Assembly: GCF_964355755.1 (NCBI RefSeq)
Contig: NC_092671.1
Span: 11,966,001-12,030,000 of the forward strand
From: Antedon mediterranea
Taxonomy: Eukaryota; Animalia; Echinodermata
Direction of reading: 5' to 3'
DNA: 64,000 bases
Part shown: piece after piece, positions 26,776 to 41,531 of the stretch
How positions within the stretch are numbered: position 1 is the first letter of the stretch
Layout: each line of letters opens with the position of its first letter
Notes under the pieces: model-generated
Seen by the model: the letters and a program-made list of their open reading frames with translations, nothing else
What the model was told of the DNA's origin: nothing
The model's database searches: none
Position numbers and translations under genes: made by a program

Positions 26776-29700
26776 TTTGCATAATGACCTAGTACTGTAC
26801 AAGCAGTATCTTCAGGTCATTGAAAACCACAGTTTTATACTGGCATTCAACTGAACCAATGATCACAATATTGTTGTTTCTAGGTCACTGGTCAAACTCA
26901 TTATGGCAAGGTGAGAAGGAAAAATGTCAATCTCTAGTTTTTCTACAGTATAATAACAATACTACTATAGCCTTCAAATATACCTGTACACAATAACATC
27001 CTTTTCTGAACATGTATTTTTGCAGTATGTTGCATCATCGATATGTGCAAAAAAAGTTGAATGCATTTGATTTGTAATTCCTAGCACAAAGTGACTGCAC
27101 CCTCTAATATTTCGTTTGGATATTTCTACCTTTGAAGAACAAAACATTGATACAGTAATAGAATTTAAAGAATAATCTATCTAATGTATAACTATATTCA
27201 AAAACAGCAAATTTATTATGATTTTAACGAAAACTATGGCAACATGAAAGAATTTTTGTCTTTATTAGCCTCATTACTAATATTAAGTTCCCTCGGAACA
27301 GCCAGGATAGGATTGAAATTAATATTCCTATGAATATTGCACAAAGAAATCCTATAAATTTGATACCTAGGTAAAAAACTCTGGAATGTGAGTAATCAAT
27401 TGTTTCAAATTTCCTACAGTGGAATTTGAACTTTATAAAACTGTGTTATTGCATGCTGTAAACACAATTCCACAGAGCTAATTAATGTACAAATAGGATT
27501 ATATTAAGTAGCTAATTGTGAACAATGCTGAAACAAAATACTGCCTCATTTGAAACCAGGAATCATTACTGATGCCCAGATATAAATACTGTATTATGTA
27601 GCCCATAGTTGGTCATACATTTAGGGTAGGTGTTAAGGACGATCCTAATTACTGTACACAATACTTGAGCCATTCTTTTATGGATGGGCTAGAGGTGTGG
27701 TGACTCCGCCCCTCCATTCTCTACAGCAATTGCTACTTTACTGAATAACAAAGGCTAAAGTCAATATATTTTTAAGAACATTAAATCAAGGATTTTAATT
27801 AATTATTATTTCATATTCAATTGAATATGTCACATGTTTAAACTGTAGCATCTAACCCGGGAGGTGTTTTCACCTCCCTGTTCTAACAGTACATACTGTA
27901 GATCATTCTATTCAACCTTAAAGCCTAGTTCTTACTACTGTACTGTACCTGTACCGTATTTATGATTCAATTTAGCATTTGGCCTAATATTTTCAATGAA
28001 GAAAATAATGCACAACTTTTAAATACTAGTACAGTACTTCATAAAATGTTAGTACAGTACATCACAAACACAGTTTTATATGGCTAAGTTTTTAAGGCTA
28101 TGACGATTGGTAACATCATATGGGTACGCAATATTATATTGCAGCTGTACCCTTCTCTCCTAGGGACTTGGTCAATATTTGTTCAGCATTTATAAAACTC
28201 AGCAAACACTTGGCTATAGGAACAGTTCTTTCATTTGATATTCAGATATATCTATGTTTTGTTCAGTCTCTTGTGTATGTCCTGTTTTACACAAAAGACT
28301 TTTTGTACAGTGTGCTTCCATGTCAGCCATTGTAAGCTTATGCAATACATTTTTATAATATTAAATAAAAATTATTAAAAGTGCTCAATAAAGTTTAACT
28401 AGCAATAATTTTGAAGTTTGTATAATTCATTCAAATATTCAAAGATATCTATCCACTGTCTACAGTTTCCAAACAATTTAAATGTTCAGAAATACAAGTG
28501 TATGTTGACTGTAAATTAAATTTGAAATTCCTGGCCTGCATGTTCATCAGATAACCAGCATGGTGTCCAAGGTCATCTACAATCACATGTCATGAGGTGG
28601 AGATGGAGACAGCTGGCTAGCACTAGGCCTACAGTATGAAATTATCTTCAGTACTCTAAAATTGTCATACTGTAAAATTAACCTTATAGTTACTGTACAG
28701 TATAAATATATAGATACAGTAAACCTTTATCAATTTATCAAATGCATGAATATACTATGCAAAGTATATATAAAGAGTAGACTACTGCAGGGACAGTGTT
28801 TATCTTCTATATATTGCACAGGTTTGTTAAAGTATTTGTGAAATATTTCAATAAGCAGTGACCCAGAATGTATTACTTCACTGTGACACAACAAGAATTA
28901 TAAGAACCAACTTGAAATAGTTCTTTAACAATGAAAGGAATGTATGCTTTCTTAAGAAAATAAGTATGACTCAACTACTTACTGTAATAATACAGTATGA
29001 GTAAAAAATGATGTAATTCATAGTTTATCTTTTGTATACACATATCAAAACAAATTGGTAGTGGTAGGTGGATGGATGTGAAGGCTGGACTCTTTCCTCC
29101 ACTGTATGTAGTCATTTCAAATTCAATTAGCCTACAGTATGTTTAACCAATACAGCCAATATTGTTTATACATACATAGCATTAAATGTAACATTTGAAT
29201 AATTATCCTTGTTTAGATCTTTTTCCTGTATTAAAGAACGTCTACTGTACAGTATAACATACAAAGGTCAGTTTAATTAGATAATGATAAATCATAGGAG
29301 TTAAGTAAATAGTACTTTGAACTCCAATCAAGTCAGTTTGTGTACAGTACACTTTTTGGTCCTCTTGCAAATTGATATGCTCTACTAAACCATTATGACA
29401 CATCCTTGAGGTATGTCAATTTTTCAGGCTGAAATATTTTAATTGAAATTACATCCTGACAAAGAATGAAAAACAACCAATGAAAAAGACAATTTCTAAC
29501 ACATCTGTGGACTATGATTATTAATGTTACGAAATATTGTATGATTTAATATTACTATGGTAAACTTCTATTCAGAGGACACCTCTATTGAGAGGACTCG
29601 CTCTGCTAAGCACAAAAAGTGTCTGTCTATTATATAATAGTGAACACTGTATATAATTGAGTTTAAAAAATAAATTATAAAGTATTTTTTATTAGAAACT

Positions 29701-32700
29701 GATATTTTTTAATGTCATGTCTTATTATTATGTAACATTTTTTGACAGTAAACATACATGTGATCACATTACAGTCATGTTGACGAAAATATGATACGAT
29801 ATGGTCAGTAGAACTTAATCATGGATGGAGCTATAAATTTAATATTTTAATTAATTTTGTTTATAGTTCTGCTTAATGATTTAATCAATTGTACATGTGA
29901 ATAACATTATGTCACATGGTAAATTAATTATAATTTACAATGTCAGTTACATAGAAGATGGAATTATTTATATAGTATAATATAATTTAATAAATACAAT
30001 TCTACTACTACAATATATTGAGAGAGATCACAATACAAGGATATGGATACTGGTTTACCAATAAATGTTTGACTAATAGTAATACTGTAGATAGTGGTGG
30101 TAGCAGTAGTCAAAACTATACCAGCAGTATATCAATATTAATGGAGTAAGCAACAGGTAAGTATGGTGACTAATGCATATCTACATTCACTATCTTACCA
30201 AACATCCTACCCATATAATGATGACACCAGAAAGAACAGCCAACATTTCTGAATATATCATCAACAATACTAGTAAATTTATCTTCAGTTATAATACAAT
30301 ATCTTACCTTATTTCTTAGATTCCAAAAAGGTTGAAATAATTCCTATCATTTATTGAAAAGTAACTGGTATTAACAGCAAACTGCACACGCCTAACGCAT
30401 TCCAGTGACTAGGTATATCTCACAATTGGACTAAAGAATGCTGGCCAACCACAGCAGTTGTTTTTGCATTATTCTATGAATATTCATGAATGGGGTCATT
30501 CCCACACAATACCAAACCACTGAATCAAGAGCTTGGTATTAAAATTTCACAATTATTTATTGTCTACAGAGACTGTACCATTATTAAAAATAGGGGGTTT
30601 GCTATATATAAGTGAAATTACCTGTATGTTATCATAGACTAATAATAGAATTTATATAGGTGATCTATACAACTATTCACTACCAATCTAATAAATATAA
30701 TTGTATCCCAACGCTATTGTAGTATTCGATACAATATCGGTCAACTACTGCAATTTGAATAATTCAATTTTTAATGTATATTGCAGGTATATGTGAACTG
30801 TTGTGGCAGCGACTTTTAATTAATTTTTATTTAAACAAAACCTAACCACGAAACCATAGCTCTATGCATATAGCTCTGGCATATAATAGTAGAGAATGAG
30901 CAATTGCAAAAATGTTTAATATTGATAATAGATATAAACATAATAGATAGATAAGCCATCTCATTTTGTTGGTTGACCATGGTGGTCAATTGTATTACAC
31001 AATGTGTGTACATTTACCTAATATTTGTAAACAAAACATAAACAGTACCAAAGTGATAATTTCTATAGTATGTTGAGTCAGATTAATTGTTTGGTTAGAT
31101 TATTCAACAGTTATTTTCTTCCCACTCAATTACCCTATTCAGAATTAATCACGGTTTTTGGCAATGATCAAGATTTTGGATTATGATGTCATCGATCTCA
31201 ATAAGTAAAAACCTACACACAAGGCCCACTCTGTTAATAGAAAACAATTCAAAACGACAATAAGCAACTTTAAAAAGATAGCATCAACTTGATTTAAAGC
31301 TGGAATTTCTTCAACAAAGAAGTATAGTACTATATCCTAAATTAGTTATACAATTGGGTAATCTGTGGTTACCCTTAAACCTCACATAAACAAACATAGA
31401 AGAGGTAGTGTACAGTGTGGACTCTCCCAATATATCAGACTATCTGAAAACCAAACTCACTTCTAAAACCAGAGGTCTGAAGGTGCCAAATTATTTGTTA
31501 AAATTAAAAACACATTTTGAATACCAACACTTCTGGAAAATCAGATTAGAAGCTGAAATATAGTACTGTATGTTTTATAATTATGAGCATAAAAAAAAAT
31601 CTTCTCTTCACTGTAATTTTTTCAAATAATTTAAAAACTAGAGGAAAGGGATTTTTACAGTAGGATACCATTTGAACCAGACAATCCACTGAATAAAGTT
31701 TTAATACTCAAAATAGTTCTACAGCTTCGATCTGATGATCAGCCAACATTCCTGACCCATATTATTTAATATAATAAGTATTTTTAAGTATTTATGAAGA
31801 AGAATCAGTAAGTAATCATATTGACTAATTCACCAAGAATTTGAGAAGAGGGATCAAACTCGTTTGATAGTAATTTACACAAAATCTGCGGGATTATTCC
31901 CTACTGGCATGAATCACATCCTAACAGGAAGCACTCAATAGTTTAATAAGTTCCTGAATTACCTATTTCAAACTACCTGAGAAAATAGAAACTATTGATT
32001 TTAAAAAGTACACATATTAATAGTTGAAAATACTAGAATGATATTGTTTGTGTACAGTATTTAAGTATGAATACAAATCATTGCTTAGACTACTGCATAG
32101 TATTAAGTTGAATCTGCATTTAATACATTTTTCGTAACCAAACAAAGTGTCCTTTTATTAGGAGTGTCTCCTCAATAGAGGTTGGTTGTATTGTTAAAAC
32201 CTTTATTTCTTATAGTGTTCCACGTGAAAGTTTCACAATTAGGAGACAGGGATTACTAGATTACTGTAACATATTAAGGATGATTAGAACCAGCCAAAAC
32301 TCATTAATAATAAACACAAAAGAAGTTTAAAATTAAAAAAAAAGTTGATACAAACTGAAGGTCCTGATTATATAGACACTCTAATGAGAAATAATTCTAG
32401 AGATTAGCACTTAACTCAACATCTCAGTATTGTCATATTGTTCATTGTAGTTTTTATTGATTTCTCAATTCAAACAGTATGTTATAAAGAACTGAATTAA
32501 GGACCATTCAAATTTATTAGTGCACTAAAAACCAAGGCCGGGCTCGTTCACACACCAATACAACATTGGATATATACATGATTATTTTTACCTTGTATAA
32601 GTAATTATTCTTTACCAAAATCCATTTTACTCTCCAGGGTCCTCAAAAATCTTATACGTTGTATTATATTTTTGAAATAAAATAATTTAGGCCATCATGG

Positions 32701-32829
32701 AATCTGATCAGACCTTACCATACAAGACTAGCAGTAAGTATGAACCTACCCATATGACACACTACGGTCTGTTCAATTTCTTTTAAGAATAAATAAAGAG
32801 GACTTTAACACAATACTTACTGTTAGGTA

Positions 32830-33677
32830 TCGTATATTTCGGTGTATAAGTCGCACCTGTGTATAAGACGCACCCCCAACTGAGAGTAAAATATCGGTAT
32901 TTTTTATATCGTCGATGTATAAGACGCACCTTATATTTCATCAAAACAATGTTTTTTTAAATTGTAATCAATATTATTGTAATAATATATTTTGTTATAT
33001 CTACAACGGCGTCCTTTATTTAGGTTTTTCCTTACCTAGGCTCGGCCGCGCCCAGCCTCAACAAGTTCTTTTTAACTTGTTATTCATGAGTTTCGCCGCA
33101 ACATCGAGTGCATGACCGTGTGTGTAACACGCACGTGTGTGGGCTAGCCTCGCTCGATTATTTCGAGAGGGCGCACGTTTTCACGGACAATCGTATTCGA
33201 TTAGTATCTATGTATCCGAGAAGTGTGTACGCTAGGTCCATGCTATAATCACCTGGAGAATATACTAGTCGAATACCGTACACCATGTGGCCACCAAAAG
33301 AAGGGCTTGCCCTTGGGGTACGGCGATCGTGCGTATAACTACTGTATAAATAAATACTATTCCAATCGTACATAAACGTTTACAAATGAAATTTTATCGG
33401 AGCGCCATAATGAACAAATCTTTTCATCATATTTAGTATAACATCATGCTAAAATGACTTGAAAACTAGGCAGAAGCAGGTTGCCGTTACGTTAACTTTA
33501 GTTACTGTAGCTAGGCCTAGCCTACTCAGGCCTAGCAAACGAGGTGACGATAGCCTAGGCCTAGGCCTATGTACAATCTGTGTGGTGAGGCATTTATGTT
33601 CGGTGTATAAGACGCACCCTTAATTTAGAGGTCAAATTTGCGTGTCAAAAGTGCGACTTATACACCGAAATATACGG
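32830..33677. mobile_element. Non-autonomous Tc1/mariner-pogo (Tigger-like) DNA transposon
   Basis: TIR (C/T)CGTATATTTCGGTGTATAAGTCGCAC / GTGCGACTTATACACCGAAATATACGG, TA on both flanks, subterminal TATAAGACGCACC repeats, no transposase ORF. Confidence 0.8.
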
Positions 33678-35887
33678 TAAGACCATAAAATGGCGACTAA
33701 GCAAATATCTCCAACAGCAATATAAGTATAATAGTTGTGAGTTCAGTTTATCTACTATTATATATATTGAATTGATGCTTTTCGCCAGTGTTTGTATTAA
33801 ATCTCTTTGAATTTAAAAATACTCCACATTCTTTGAGCATGCTTCAGTGATTCTCTAAGAAGGATTCTCAACAGTTAGGCTTAGTAAACAAGAATTAGTT
33901 AGTCAATCATAATTCTTTTCAAACTGTATACCAAAGACTACAGGCAAAAAAAAACATGGCAGTCAAAAAGTTCAAATGGAGAGAATTTAAATAGTTTGAA
34001 ATTGTTGTTCAACTGTTTATGACATTCTTAAACTGAAATTAGTATATATTATATGCTTCTTAAAAATATTATGGTACTAGTAATTGATTAGTTAAAATTA
34101 TTAAGTAAATTCTAATTATGACAACCTCATGCCAACGCAACAAATAGTCGTCTTTGTTTAGTTTCACAGCAAAGTGTCACCTTAACATGGCCGTCTCCGT
34201 CCCAAAGGAGGGGTTCTGCTGTAAGCATACACAAAAAAAAGGTTGTATGGTTTTACAGCGGCAAGATTTCAAAATCAATATTATTTACCAACCACTTTTG
34301 AATGAACAGTATGTTACTGTAGTGTCTGTGAGACAGAAAGGCAATTGTGTATGGACTTAAAATATTAATAAAATAATAAAAATCTAGCTTATTTATAAAA
34401 TCAAACTAAATCCAATTCAAATCCAATGAACTAAATGACACACTTTTGAATGGTAACCAACAAAATAACATGAATTCATTTGATTGAGCCACCAAAAATT
34501 CTATGAGAATGCAATCAACATTCCCTATTGTTTTTAACAGCAACATAAATTTTGAACCCTTGGGACCTCAAGAAAATGCTCATATTGGAATACTATCCGG
34601 TTGTCAGATTGTTTTGTATTGGGAGATTGAATTGACTAGTTGGCATAGAGGTGAGGTAGCTTAAAAAATAAATGTTTAGTCTTTCCCTTCACTATAGAAA
34701 GTTATATCATGGTAAATATGTTCACTCATTCACTGTTATATACCATGAAAAATAAACAGCCAAAACAGATAACATCAATACATTAAATTATATAGAAAAA
34801 CAGCAACAATTTTATACATTCTTTTAAAATTACGAGTTATAGTCTTCAAGTAAATTAGATGTCATCAATCTGACAAATTTGATGTCATACTGTATCACTA
34901 CCATATTTGGGAATATCACTACCATATTTGGGTTCATCACACTTTTTGTGTCAAACTAGTCTGATATTGTAGACAGAGCTTTACATTACAATATATTTTT
35001 AACTTTTCAGTATTTTTCCCCAAAAACCTACTTACTTTACAGTGATTTCGACCAAGTTACAAACTCCTATTTGTTCAATAATCCAACAATCACAGTTGTT
35101 ATTCCTACCTGCTTAATATTAATATGCAAGTTCAAATATCAAATATTTTAAATGTTGTTATTAGACCACGTGCTGAGTGAAGCAAAAGAATTAAACCCCT
35201 GGAAAATGCTGCAGCGCTAATGCACCCCTGGACACACATCAGTGGCCATGTTGAACAAGTGCCATTATAAAAGGACCAATCAGAAAGCTTAAAGAAAAGC
35301 ATTGAGGTTTGAAATTATGGTAACAATCAGGTGGTTATTGGTTATTGAATTGCAATAATTGATAACAATTAATCGATTATCTTTACAACAGGCCCATCGA
35401 CATGTTATCTCTGAATTCACAATCGAAAACGTCATTAGAATAACGAGCACACGGAGATGCTTACCAGTATTTCTGCTCGCAATTAATTCTTTCAAAAAGA
35501 ATGTAGAGAAAGGAATCGGATACATTTCACACTTACTGCTTTAGGGAAAATGAAAATGAAAGGAAAATGTACTCATTCTATGTCTTTGAAATGTTAAAGA
35601 AAGCAGAGGACATATCACTGAAACCAAACACTGTCACATGATGTAATGTTATACCAACCATCCCAACATGCGTCCTTCCTCCTCATAATGATATCTATCA
35701 GATGCATACATTTGTCCATTCTCATAAATTAAAAGATTTTTACTTTTTTTTTCTGATATTTTTTTTTTTTTTCAAAGATCAAAGTCAAGTCATCATACTA
35801 CTGATGGGTCCCACAAAAGTCATATTTGATATTGAAATAAAATGGACATATTTATCTTACCACTTGGCAATATCTCCAAAAACATGG

Positions 35888-36093
35888 CAGACAAAACACA
35901 GCAGTAATCCTAAAAGTGAATGCGCAAACAGACAAAACACAGCAGTAATCCTAAAAGTGAATGCGCAAACAGACAAAACACATCAGTAATCCTAAAAGTG
36001 AATGCGCAAACAGACAAAACTCAGCAGTAATCCTAAAAGTGAATGCGCAAACAGACAAAACACAGCAGTAATCCTAAAGTGAATGCGCAAACA
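35888..36093. repeat. Minisatellite, 41-bp unit x5
   Basis: CAGACAAAACACAGCAGTAATCCTAAAAGTGAATGCGCAAA starts at 35888, 35929, 35970, 36011 and 36052; head-to-tail with no spacers. Confidence 0.95.
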
Positions 36094-36659
36094 AATATAC
36101 ATACTTTTTTTTCCTTGTTACAATTACATGCAATATAAATATTTTCTTTGTTATGGTTATGATTTTATGGCAAACTCAACAAACTGTGTAATTATATATC
36201 TAAATAAACTTTTGACCCAACAGTAGCTACTAAATTATCTGTTAAAAATAAACCAAATTATCATGCAATGAGATAGAGTAGCAGAAGACTGTACATCACA
36301 GTACAAAAACTGCTATCATAAAATGAACGCTTCTCAATAGCAGTTATAGATTTTCTTTTGAATAAAAAACTATTCCTGTTGAATTGATTACATACAATAA
36401 CCATACCACCGTACATGCAATCCAGGTGAATTTGACAATACAGTATGTCAAAGGTCAAGTCTGACAATTAGTAGTATCACAAATGAATATCAGAATCTTG
36501 GAGCGATATCACCAGGGCATTTTCTGTGGCTAGTTGCACTACTAACTGAAATGTTCTCGACTACTGCAAGTACTATGTAACGTCAATCCATGGAAATTTT
36601 ACCCAATTAATTGCCAGTAAACGGAAGCAGTGATGTGGGTTCGATTGGTCTGCTTTTAT

Positions 36660-36793
36660 TCCGTTTTTTTTTTTCCAAAATGTTTTTGTTTTTAGTTTCA
36701 ATGTTTATATTGTTCATGTTTTCACGAGCGCCTTGAGCACTTTGTGGATATGTGCACTTATAAATCTTATTATCTTATCTTATCTTTATCTTA
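36660..36793 (+). mobile_element. 3' tail remnant of an L2/CR1-type LINE or SINE
   Basis: GAGCGCCTTGAGCAC...GTGCACTTATAAAT stem followed by a (CTTAT)n tail, resembling L2-group 3' ends. Confidence 0.4.
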
Positions 36794-37491
36794 TATGGAA
36801 ATTAGCTATGGAAATATACATACGAACTATACAAACATTTTAGGGAGTCTAAATTTATTAGAAACCCCCTCTAAAACAGATAATGGTCAAAATGATGATG
36901 TCAACTTATGCAAACCCTGGCTTGAACTATACATTAATTGATAGAGTAGGCATTGGTGATGTAAGATACAGTAAACAAATGTTCAATTACTGTAATTAAT
37001 TCCCTGGGAGAGGATATTTATAGCGAGAAATGAAGAAACTCTTTGAAAGGCAGAGAAAACCAGAATAAATTAGTCAACAAACATATAGAATAGCACATAA
37101 AAAAAGAATAAACCATTGGAAAAGTTATTAAGTTAGTTGTTATTAACGGAATCCAATATTTTCTCATATGCATTTGAACAATTGACAGCTTCAAGTAAAT
37201 ATTCTATGGTTATATCCAGGTCAAACAGAAATAATAAAAGCAAGGGATTCAGTTTATTAGTAAATTTCAATCCCATTCATTGTTGTAGAGTTTGAACCTT
37301 AGGAAGTATAATTTGGAAATCATTATAGATTAGGATTGCCAGTCAGCGTATCATCCTTTTGTTAATATATTCAAAAGAAATTAAAAAAAACTATGAGCAA
37401 GTTCATAGTCCGTCTACCATCCGATTATTTGACCTCTTTTAAACCATACATGAGTCAAGGTACGTCATATTATATTTCATTTGAAAACTCA

Positions 37492-37630
37492 GGCCCTGTT
37501 CAGACCCATGGCGTTAGACCGTACGCTATGGGTCTGAACCTCATTTTTTTTCTATGCAGTTTGTAATGTGACCTTGCTAGTAATACGCTGTACGCCAAAA
37601 CGGTCTAACGCCATGGGTCTGAACATAGCC
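37492..37630. mobile_element. PIF/Harbinger-like MITE
   Basis: GGCCCTGTTCAGACCCATGGCGTTAGACCGT ... ACGGTCTAACGCCATGGGTCTGAACATAGCC; TCA on both flanks (3-bp TSD). Confidence 0.65.
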
Positions 37631-38128
37631 TCAGTCATATTGAATTGCATTTAGTTTTTAAAAAATCAGGGTGGTCACCAAATAGGGCCTTAGACAGAAT
37701 TAGACAGTCAGGGGAGGATCCAGCATTATACTGTAGATTAGGGGGAGGGGGAGAGCTAAATATTTCATAATTTCTGAGAAAAATGATCTGTCGGGTTTAA
37801 GGGAAAAAAAGGAATTAATTTATTTTAAAAAGACACTGCTGTTAAGTTTTAGTAGGTGCTATAGCCTGTTTAGCCCCCACCCGACAGTGGGTTCTTATCA
37901 TCAGTTTGTATACACCTCAATCAAGTCTTGTTCATCGTCACGGCACACACACAAATATATTGTTTACCCCCCTGAACCTACAATCCTGTAGTAAAATCCC
38001 AAGTAAAATGGACATGGATGGAGTATTCTGTCCAAAAGTGGACCGACACGTCCCGATCTGACAAGGCCAAAACTTTGACCATTTAGATATATTGGGGTTG
38101 GTTACATTTATTATACTCTCACCTACTA

Positions 38129-38949
38129 CCAAAGAATATATATCACAAAAATGAGTATTTCGCGATTTTTGCATGAGAAATTTGTAACAGAGAGTGATGC
38201 CGCCCTCATAAGGGCGGATGTATACAGACTAAATAAGACTTGATTTAATAGATATTATACATGTCACTTTAAATAGAATTATGATAATATATTTTGCAAT
38301 TGTAAACCATTTTATAATACATATTTATTAACAAACAAGTGTACATTCACTTCTACAGACAATTATTTACTAACATGCTAAATTAGTTCACAAAAAAGGC
38401 CTAACAGCAACACCCAAAAACATATAGAATAGCACAGCCTATTCTTTACCATTGCCGCGTACTACTCTACGCCCAGTAAATTAAGTATTGTTTTTATGAT
38501 ATAAATTAGTATAAAATACATGTTATTAATAGGATACAATGTTAAATTTCATTAACATTTTTATTTGTTTTACGAGAAACAAGTTAAATATAGGAATATT
38601 ATTAAACTATCTTTTGTGAAAACGCGTAAACACCAACACGACCGGTAACACTATCGTAGCGCCCGGTTGATGAAGCGAACTGTTTATTCGGCAGTTTTTA
38701 CTAAATAAATTGCATGAAACGAACAATTAAATATCCAAACAGCATTTAACATGATGTTGGCATGTAGTTGATAACATTTTTATCATGAAAATACTACCGG
38801 TGGTCCAGCCTTTGATAAGTGTAACCATCACAAAAAGTTATATAGATCCCAGATACATCCTCACTTATGGCGGTGCCCTACCCCATGGACAATATTACTG
38901 TTACAGGGAAAATCGCGGATTACTCATTCTTGTGATATATATTCTTTGC
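38129..38949. mobile_element. Non-autonomous TIR element, superfamily unassigned
   Basis: About 40-bp imperfect TIRs: CAAAGAATATATATCACAAAAATGAGTATTTCGCGATTTT and AAAATCGCGGATTACTCATTCTTGTGATATATATTCTTTG. Confidence 0.6.
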
Positions 38950-39344
38950 TACTACTAGCCTACATTTTTATGAATAATTTTTAACACAAACATAAACAAG
39001 GTTCCCAAATTGCTTATTCATTTTTTCTTCAGCTGCTTTAATTTAAGCTCTTCAATACATTCAATCGATAATTGAAGAATTATAAATCATCATACGCCAC
39101 CCTTTACTGAATTAATACTGATGAGAGTCGGGACTCTCAGATCAAGCAACTGCGGGCTAGCCTCCTCCGTTTGGTCGTTGTCAAAATAATCGTTTTGGTC
39201 TCTTCATTTCATCGAAAAGATTTAATTTTGATTCAATTAGGTGAAGACGAAAAAAAAGTGGTTTAAAATATATAAACGTCAAATACTGTTAATAAAATAA
39301 TAAATAATGTTCATAATAGTTATTCCGAAGTAAGTAGTACTTAC

Positions 39345-39531
39345 CAGGGAATAATTTCGCCAGTGTAGCATAGCAAAAAGCTATACAAAACAACCTTTTT
39401 GCTACACATTTCTACAATTGTGTAGCAAAAAATACAATACAAAACTAGGCCCTAGGCCTATGTTTCTTGATTAAAAAATCAGTTTGATAGCAATTTTGCT
39501 AAACAAAATTTTCAAATGAAATTTTTCCCTG
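39345..39531. mobile_element. MITE with CAGGG termini inserted in repeat copy 1
   Basis: CAGGGAATAATTTC ... GAAATTTTTCCCTG, flanked by CTTAC on both sides; absent from the paralogous position near 43470. Confidence 0.6.
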
Positions 39532-40010
39532 CTTACCTGCTGAACAATCTACCACGAATTCCGTTAGGATGTCGCCCTACATATTTTCCAAACCAACCCT
39601 CTGAAGTTTCGTTTACCATTAGCAGTAAATAAACAAATGAAAGAATCATAAAATATCATCAGTTCTCGATTTTAGGCGGCATGTGCACATTCTTTTTATT
39701 CTAGGAATATTAGACGGGGTCTAATGAATAGAAAATAATAAAAGAGCTTTATTTGAGACATTTTTATTGTATACATCCATGATCTAAATTACAATTAATC
39801 TGATTTGTTATATCGCAGTTTAACTAATTATTGGCCCGAAAAAAATTGAAGACAAAAATTACATCCAGAAAACGTAGGCCTACATACTAAATAATCTATT
39901 TCTATAATCTATTTTCTACTTCTTCGCATCGTCTATTGTTATTATCCATTAGCCCTGTTATGGTCTTGCATGCTGGCAAACACTGAGGCTGTAATAAGAA
40001 CAGAATCAAT

Positions 40011-41453
40011 TTATTAACTCAAAAAATATGATTTATGCTTACCAATCAGGATTTCGTCCTAATTTCTCTACTGTATCTTCATTATTAAACATTACAGAAG
40101 ATTGGATAAATGATATTGATTGTGGGAAGTATATAGGTTTAGTCATGCTTGATCTGAAAAAAGCTTTCGACACGGTAGACCATACCATACTTATAGACAA
40201 GCTTAAATCATTTAACTTAGATGTCTCTATTATAAATTGGTTTAAAGACTATCTTTGTGATCGTACGCACTTAACACAAGTAAATGGTGTCCGATCAGAT
40301 AAATGCTATAGCCTAGTAATTGTGGAATCCCCCAAGGATCAATTTTGGGACCACTCTTATTTATACTTTATGTAAATGATCTACCAAAGCATGTAAATAG
40401 TGTACAGATTAGTATGTATGCAGATGATACAGCTCTTTACTTTGCATCTTCTGATATAAATGAAGTACTTGCAAAAATTAATGAAGATTTAAAAAAAATC
40501 AAATCATGGCTAGCAAGTAACAAGCTTAGTCTAAATGTAAATAAAACTCAGTGTATGTTTATAGGAACACAACAAAGGCTTGCAAAATTAGCAAACATTG
40601 ATCTAAATTTAAACATAGACAATGTTCGGCTACAAAGAGTAAAAAGCTGTAAACATCTAGGTGTTGTTATTGATGAATATTTACTGTGGGATAAACAAAT
40701 AGATAATGTTAAAAGTAAAGTATTGCCAGGCTTGTACTACTTAAAAAAATCTTCAAATCTCGTCCCAAAACATGTATCTTGCTTAATGTATAATAGTATT
40801 ATCTCTCCACAGTTTAACTATTGTAATATTGTGTGGGGCAGATCAAATAAAAAAAATACTAATAAACTACAAATGCTACAAAACAGAGCAGCCAAAATTA
40901 TTACAAAAACAAGGAAATACGACTCAAGTACACAAGCCCTGCAAAACTTAAACTGGATAAATCTTAATACTCAACTACATAATAATGAAGCCAAAATGTT
41001 ATATAAAATATTCCATAATCAAGCACCACCATATCTAAACGAACTATTTACACCCAAACTAGACACATACAATACAAGATCAAAGGATGTATTAAAATTG
41101 AATAAACCCAAAACAGAATATAAAAAAAAAAGTTTTTCATATTATGGTGCTAGTTTATGGAATACTCTAAAAAAACCAATGCAAAATGCCACAAATTTGA
41201 ATACTTTCAAAAAATTATTGGTGTGATTTATTATTTATTTTGTACTCTTATCACAAATGTAATTAAGGTTTCTGTTCATATATTTTTGTTCTCTAATTTG
41301 TTATTTTTAAAATTTGTTATTTTTAAAATTTGTTATTTTTAAATGTGTAATGTACTACTGTTAGTTGATCACGGCCTTGTAGAAGAACACCTTTATGGTG
41401 ACACAAGCTTTTCCGTGTTAAAATAAAGTATTTATTATTATTATTATTATTAT
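40011..41453 (+). mobile_element. 5'-truncated non-LTR retrotransposon (CR1/L2/Crack group); RT with one frameshift
   Basis: QSGFRPNFST, DLKKAFDTVDH, (PQGSIL)GPLLFILYVNDL, YADDT, KHLGVVID, LQNRAAKII in ORFs 40028-40375 and 40345-41226; AATAAA plus (TAT)n tail; empty site CAGAATCAATGTATTCAC in copy 2 near 44217. Confidence 0.92.
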
Positions 41454-41531
41454 AATGTATTCACTTGGCAGTCCAGTATGTTACAGATAACTATTTCTAC
41501 AAAAATTCAATCTATCATCACTCCATGCCAC

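Noticed and set aside
35888-36093. 41-bp repeats as a CRISPR array
   Set aside because: Units are contiguous with no unique spacers, the context is eukaryotic and there are no cas genes; it is a minisatellite.
23000-39000. Short ORFs in the ZO-1 upstream/intronic region as independent genes
   Set aside because: AT-rich 60-95 aa frames without recognisable motifs or coherent splice chains.
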